From positions 1-37,729 of the forward strand of contig RQSC01000486.1 of assembly GCA_013416795.1 (NCBI GenBank): a stretch of 37,729 nucleotides of DNA, in the 5' to 3' direction. Source of the DNA: Prasinococcaceae sp. CCMP 1430 (lineage: Eukaryota > Plantae > Prasinodermophyta). Positions 32,323 through 37,729 of this stretch are shown here, piece after piece. A program made the translations under genes and the position numbers. The notes under the pieces were generated by a model, which ran no database searches, had not been told where the DNA came from, and saw only the letters and a list, made by a program, of their open reading frames with translations. The number at the start of each line of letters is the position of its first letter. Position 1 is the stretch's first letter.

Positions 32323-32735
32323 AGCTCTCGTTCGACGTGCCTGAGGTCGCGTCCGGAGGCGCCGCCGTGGGCTCGACGGCAGACGCCCTCGTGGTGCTCG
32401 GCAGCGGCGCCGACGCCGACGTGCAGCTCCCCGCCGACGAGGGCGTCGAGGCCCGCCACGCGACCATCGCCTGCCGCGGGGGCAAGTTCTTCCTCACCGA
32501 CGCCGAGTCGTCGGCGGGCACGTACATGCAGGGCGCCAAGCTCATGCCGGGCGTGAGCTACCTGCTGGGAAACGGCAACAAGCTCAGCTTCGGCCCGCAG
32601 GCCACCGAGTTCGAGGCGCGCTTCGAGGACGCGCCCGCGCAGCCCAGCATGGAGGAGACGCTCATGCGCCAGATGGTCGAGGCCAAGCTCAAGGAGGCCG
32701 AGGACAACATCCGGCGCAACGGCGGCGACGCCTGA
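32311..32735 (+). CDS. FHA-domain protein (C-terminal part; start unresolved)
   Basis: VVLGSGADADVQLP..GVEARHATI..GGKFFLTDAESSAGTYMQGAKL..YLLGNGNKLSFG is FHA-like (G-x, S/ARH, DxxSxxGT). Stop at 32733-32735. Confidence 0.7.
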
Positions 32736-33110
32736 GAGGAAGTCGGGGCAAGGGAGAGGCGGCGCGATCGCCGCCGATGGGCGCCCGAGGAAGGCGCCGA
32801 GGAGGACGACCAGGGCGCGGGGGAGGAGCGCCGAGGAAGCAAAGGAACAAAGGAAAAAAATTAAACCCTGAACCCAAAATGTCTTCTTCTGCTGCTGTGT
32901 GTGTGCGTGTGCGTGTGCGTGTGCGTGTGCGTGCGTGTGTGTGTGTGCGTGTGCGTGCGTGTGTGTGCGTGTGTGCATGTGTGCGTGTGTGTGAGCGCCT
33001 CATGAGCGAGCGTGTCCCCTCTGCTGCGCTCGCGCTCGCATGAGGCTCGAGGTGGCCGGCAAGACCTTCCTGCTCGAGCGCCAGATCTTCGCCCACGCCT
33101 GAGCAGCAAN

Positions 33111-34854
33111 TGCGCTCGAGCAGCTCAGCCTTGCGCACGCCTGCTGGGCTCGCCCGACCTCAACGCGTTTCTGCCGCGAAAGGTGGGCGCGCGCGTGCCT
33201 GCGTCTGCGCATGTGTGGGCGCGAGCGCGCGCCTGTGCCTGTGCCTGTGCCTGCGCGCGCGCGTGCATATGTGCGCCTGCGCGTGCGCAGGTGCGCGCGA
33301 TTTCGTGCGTGCGTGGTACACACACGCGTGCGTTCGCTTCGGCGCGGAGGCGCTCGCGCGCCGCGTGCGAGAGCGACACCGCGCGCTGACGCCGCCCCCC
33401 CACTCCCAACTCCCCACCCCCACCCTCCCCCGCCCCCCCACCCACTGCCGCACACGCACACGCGCGCGCTGCGCGCGCAGCGCAACGCGCCCTTCGTGCG
33501 CCTCTTCCTCGGCAACGAGGTGGACGTCGTCTCGCCGCGGCAGGACGCGCGCCTCAAGCTCAAGGAGGAGTACAACCAGTACCGCAACTGGACCACCGTG
33601 CTGTACATCGCCTTCCCGGCGGTGCTCGTCAGCCTGCAGATGTCGGGCGCGGTGTCGCGCTTCGCGCTGGGGCTGCTCACCACGCTCTATCACGTGCGTC
33701 GCGCAGAAGCCGCCCCGATGCTGCTGGCTCTGTGTGTGTACACGCGTGTGTACTTGTGCGTGCGTGCGTGTGCGTGTGCATGTGCGTGTGCATGTGCGCG
33801 GTAGTGTCGTTGCGCGCCTCCGTCCGCTCGGTACGCGCGCAATCGCGTCGCGTCGCGCGCGCGCTCGCTCGCGCGCTGACGCACACGCGCATGCGCGCGC
33901 GGGCTCGCGTCCGTACTCGTGGGCGTGTGCGTCTGCGCGCGCGCGTGCGTACGTGTGTGCGGCTGCAGGCGTGGCTGTTGCACTTTTACTCCGCGCTCGC
34001 GCTGCGCGAGTCCGTGCTCCTCTCCAACGGATCGCACATCCGCGCGTGGTGGATCCGCCACCACTTCTTCTTCATCGGCCTCTCGCTGGTGATGCTCACC
34101 TGCTCGTATGCCAGCGAGCCCTGCCGCGCCTTCATGCAGCGCTTCAACGTGTGGGCGTGCTTCCAGGGGCTCATAATGCTGCTGCAGAACCGCTACCAGC
34201 GGCAGGTGCGCGCGCGCACGCGCGCGTGCGCGCATGTATGCGTCTCTATGTGCGCGCGCGTGTGTGCGCATGCGTTTGCGCGCGTGGGTGTGAGTGTGCT
34301 CGGGGGCGATGCGCGCACGCGCGCACAGGGACTAACATGGACGCGAGGGCACGTGCACACGCACGCGGCCACGCCCACACGCCCATGCGCGCACACACGC
34401 GCCCGCGCGCGCACAGCGCACGTACACGCGCATCGCGCTAGGCCGCGACGGGAGCATGGACGTGGTGGCGGCCGACGGCAGCGGCATGCGCGGGCAGGTG
34501 CTGCTGCTCATCCCCGTGCTGTGGGCTCTGCAGGGGTGGGAGCTGTGGCTGGGCGTCAGCCTGCTGCGCGACCAGCTGCTCGCCGCATTCGCGGCCAACG
34601 CGGCGGGCGCCACGCTGGGCGAGCAGCTCGCGGCGCTCTTCTCGCACCCCGACGAGGGCGTGGGCTCGTCCGCGGCGAGCATCGTCCCCGGGTCGGGGCA
34701 GCTGTGGCTGTGCGGCGTGCTGCTCTCCGTCATCGCCGTTGGCAACCTCCACACCACCACGGTGACGCTCGTCAACAAGTTCGCCGCCAGGCGAGAGCGC
34801 AGGCCGGCCTCCATCGCGCGCGACCTGCAGTCGCTCGCCGCAAAGGACGACTGA
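33111..34854 (+). CDS. TMEM120: TMEM120 (TMPIT/TACAN) family membrane protein; exons ~33111-33182, 33481-33693, 33969-34205, 34417-34854; 5' end cut by the N at 33110
   Basis: FVRLFLG, LKLKEEYNQYR, LALRESVLLSNGSHIRAWWIRHH, LLQNRYQRQ and RTYTRIALG..MDVV. All three introns are phase-0 GT-AG. Confidence 0.88.
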
Positions 34855-35053
34855 GAGCGAGCGCACGCACGAGTGTATGTGTGTGTGCGTGTTTGTGTGT
34901 GTTTGTGGGTGGGGTAGGTGCGCGCTCGAGTGGGCGATTGGTCGACGTGAAGGAACGCTCCAGTACATACACCAGTACCCTCTAAGCTAAGCGCGCGTGC
35001 GCATGCGCGCGCGCACTACTCGCGCGCACGTGCGCGCGCGCGCGTGTCCCGAG

Positions 35054-37052
35054 TCATCGGCGCTCGCGCTTGGCGAAGTTCGCGGCTATGTCGGCGAGGC
35101 GCGCCGCGCCGTAGCACGCCTCGAGCACCGTCGCCGCTTCCACCTCGCTTGCGCCCGCGGCAGCCAGCACTCGCCTGGCACGCGCGTGCGTGCGTGGATG
35201 AGCGCGCGCGAGTCAGCGGGGAAAGTTCAGAAGGGCGCGCGCGTGCATACCCACGCGCGCACTGATGCACACACGCACAAGGATGCCCGCGCTCGCACCT
35301 GCGTATCCCCGTCCACGCCTCATTGCGCGCGCCGCCGCCGCTGGTGCGCACGCGCCTCGCGCGCGGCGCGCCCAGCGCCTCGAGCGCCTTGAAGCCGTCG
35401 CGCTCAACGCGCGCGATCGACTCGAGCAGCGCGTGCAGGAACTCGGCATCGTCCGCCGGCCGCGGCGAGACGCACGCGCGCTTGTCCGGGTCCATTACGG
35501 GGAACCTCTCCCCCGTCACCGCCCGCGGCAGCGGATAATACCCCGCCGCGAGCTTCGAGGCCACGCTCGCGTCGATGCCCTCTGAGAGCTCCGCCATGCG
35601 CGTCGCGTCGAAGTGGTCGAGCAGCGCGCGCCCGCCGGCGTTGGAGGCGCCGCTCGCCAGCCACGTGCCGTCGCCAAGTCGGTGCGAGTACACGCCCGCC
35701 GCCGCGCCCTCCACGCGCGACTCCGACACCAGCTTGATCGCCAGCGTCGAGCCCAGGCTGACCACCGCGTCGCCGGGCGACAGGCCGCCCTCGAAGTCGC
35801 CCGCGGCCGCCAAAAAGGCGGCTACCGAGTCGGTGGTGCTCGCGCCCACCGCGCAGCCCTCCGGTAGGCCGTACTCCGCCGCGGGCGCCGCGCCCACGCG
35901 CCCCGCGAGCGCGCCGGGGGGGAGCACGGGGCGCGGCAGCATGGGCGCGAGGCCATCGGCGCCGTCATCCGCGAGCAGCCACGCAGGCCACGCGTCGGCC
36001 TCCGGGTCGTACCCCAGCTTAAGCGCGTTGTTCCAGTCGCTGCCGCAGGCGCCCGCGGGGACGCCCAGCAGCGCGGCGCACAGCAGGTCGGCCTGCGAGC
36101 GCACCACGGCGCTGCCCCCCGTCACTCCGCCCTTTGCGTCCGCCGACGCGCGCCAGTGCAGCAGCTTGGCGAGCCCGGAGGTGGGCGAGCGCGCCGCCGC
36201 GGCCCCGGGCGGCGCGANNNNNNNNNNNNNNNNNNNNNNNNNNNNNNNNNNNNNNNNNNNNNNNNNNNNNNNNNNNNNNNNNNNNNNNNNNNNNNNNNNN
36301 NNNNNNNNNNNNNNNNNNNNNNNNNNNNNNNNNNNNNNNNNNNNNNNNNNNNNNNNNNNNNNNNNNNNNNNNNNNNNNNNNNNNNNNNNNNNNNNNNNNN
36401 NNNNNNNNNNNNNNNNNNNNNNNNNNNNNNNNNNNNNNNNNNNNNNNNNNNNNNNNNNNNNNNNNNNNNNNNNNNNNNNNNNNNNNNNNNNNNNNNNNNN
36501 NNNNNNNNNNNNNNNNNNNNNNNNNNNNNNNNNNNNNNNNNNNNNNNNNNNNNNNNNNNNNNNNNNNNNNNNNNNNNNNNNNNNNNNNNNNNNNNNNNNN
36601 NNNNNNNNNNNNNNNNNNNNNNNNNNNNNNNNNNNNNNNNNNNNNNNNNNNNNNNNNNNNNNNNNNNNNNNNNNNNNNNNNNNNNNNNNNNNNNNNNNNN
36701 NNNNNNNNNNNNNNNNNNNNNNNNNNNNNNNNNNNNNNNNNNNNNNNNNNNNNNNNNNNNNNNNNNNNNNNNNNNNNNNNNNNNNNNNNNNNNNNNNNNN
36801 NNNNNNNNNNNNNNNNNNNNNNNNNNNNNNNNNNNNNNNNNNNNNNNNNNNNNNNNNNNNNNNNNNNNNNNNNNNNNNNNNNNNNNNNNNNNNNNNNNNN
36901 NNNNNNNNNNNNNNNNNNNNNNNNNNNNNNNNNNNNNNNNNNNNNNNNNNNNNNNNNNNNNNNNNNNNNNNNNNNNNNNNNNNNNNNNNNNNNNNNNNNN
37001 NNNNNNNNNNNNNNNNNNNNNNNNNGCTCCCCCGGCGGGGCGGGCGCGCCAT
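35054..37052 (-). CDS. FGGY-family carbohydrate kinase, plant XK-1 (xylulose/D-ribulose kinase) type; last intron 35298-35175; N-terminal part in gap 36218-37025
   Basis: LAKLLHW, SQAD, SDWNNALKLGYDP, TTDSVAAFLAA, SLGSTLAIKL, GVYSHRLG, GERFP..DP, LESIARVE and SGGGARN..W. The ATG at 37052 is a candidate only because the gap hides the frame. Confidence 0.85.
36218..37025. other. Assembly gap
   Basis: Run of N. Confidence 1.
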
Positions 37053-37401
37053 GCGCGCGCTGTGGCGCCGCCGCGCACGCACCCGCCCGCGCGTCAGCGC
37101 GTCAACAACCGCACAGAATCTACGCAATCCGGCGACGCGCTCGCCCGCGCGCTCCCTCTCTCTCGCGCGGGAGAGAGCGAGAGCGAGAGCGAGAGCGAGA
37201 GCGAGAGCGAGAGACCAGCGCACGAGCCCGCCGCCAGGCCTGTCCCCAGCGCCCCCATCCCGCCTCCCGCGGGCCTCGGGGAGAGGGCGGAGGAGCAGGG
37301 GGGAGGGGATGGGGGGGAGGAAGGCGGCGAGGCGGGGGAGGTCGCCGGCGGGCGCCGCCGTCGACCCGCTAACAAAGAGTTACGAACCGGCGCAGGTTGA
37401 G
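37051..37401 (+). CDS. Possible first exon of a valyl-tRNA synthetase-like (class I aaRS) protein
   Basis: An open frame from ATG 37051 (or 37309) ends DPLTKSYEPAQVE before a GT at 37402 (alternative 37396). It resembles the ValRS N-terminal KxYxPxxVE motif. The rest of the gene is not in the window. Confidence 0.35.
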
Positions 37402-37729
37402 GTTTCGTCTTTTAGGGTCTGACTCGCGCGGTACGGAATGTAGGGTCCACGAATCCACGCGACGGTCGCGGTTTCGCGACGCCGCGCGGCGTCCGCAGGC
37501 GGATCCGTATCAGATGCGGACCCTGTTTTAGATGTTTACCCTAAATAGGTCAAAACGAATGTGGACGCGCCGGCGTTTTCGGCGCGTTTTCTCGCGGGAA
37601 ATGCGCGCGCGCGCGCTGGTGCCGCTCTCCGCCCCCACACACACCACACACACCACACCACACCACACCCCGCCCGCGCGGGAGCGCCGCGACCGCCTCC
37701 CGCCAGCGCGAGCGCGCGCTCGCGCCTCG

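Noticed and set aside
26752-32978. ORFs of 1840, 788, 735 and 615 aa that run through N gaps
   Set aside because: Their length is inflated by X runs, and continuity across gaps cannot be assessed.
33041-33103. Short ORF MRLEVAGKTFLLERQIFAHA* before the N at 33110
   Set aside because: It looks coding but is too short and is cut off by a join. It cannot be assigned to TMEM120 or any other gene.
1-37729. tRNA, rRNA, transposase or integrase genes
   Set aside because: None were recognised by eye. tRNAscan-SE, Infernal and RepeatModeler would be needed to exclude small RNAs or non-autonomous elements.

Overview
This is a gene-dense, very GC-rich eukaryotic nuclear scaffold, most consistent with a green alga. 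The evidence is plastid-type genes (cpSRP43, Whirly, phytol/farnesol kinase, XK-1) and GT-AG introns with GTGCG donors and TG/CA microsatellites. It is a draft assembly with N gaps at 12015-12184, 30644-31211 and 36218-37025, and single Ns at 9489 and 33110. Genes in order: YqaJ-like exonuclease (+), phytol/farnesol kinase (+), cytochrome b5 reductase (-), cpSRP43 (+), pseudo-receiver protein (-), Whirly (+), TypA/BipA (-), OXNAD1-like fragment (-), SET fragment (+), unknown coiled-coil gene (-), ARM-repeat gene (+), orphan multi-exon gene (-), EHD ATPase (+), a ~3650-aa polycystin-2-like channel (-), low-complexity exon plus FHA domain (+), TMEM120 (+), xylulose/ribulose kinase (-), and a possible ValRS first exon (+). 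Main oddities: (1) an 87-nt block in the EHD gene is the base-by-base complement, not the reverse complement, of the expected coding sequence. (2) Several divergent gene pairs appear to start on one shared CATG palindrome with no intergenic DNA. (3) Whirly and TypA lack an in-frame AUG but can be spliced in frame to the end of the upstream same-strand gene. (4) Many introns are built as TG-arm/CA-arm fold-backs. Assembly artefact is a live alternative for several of these.
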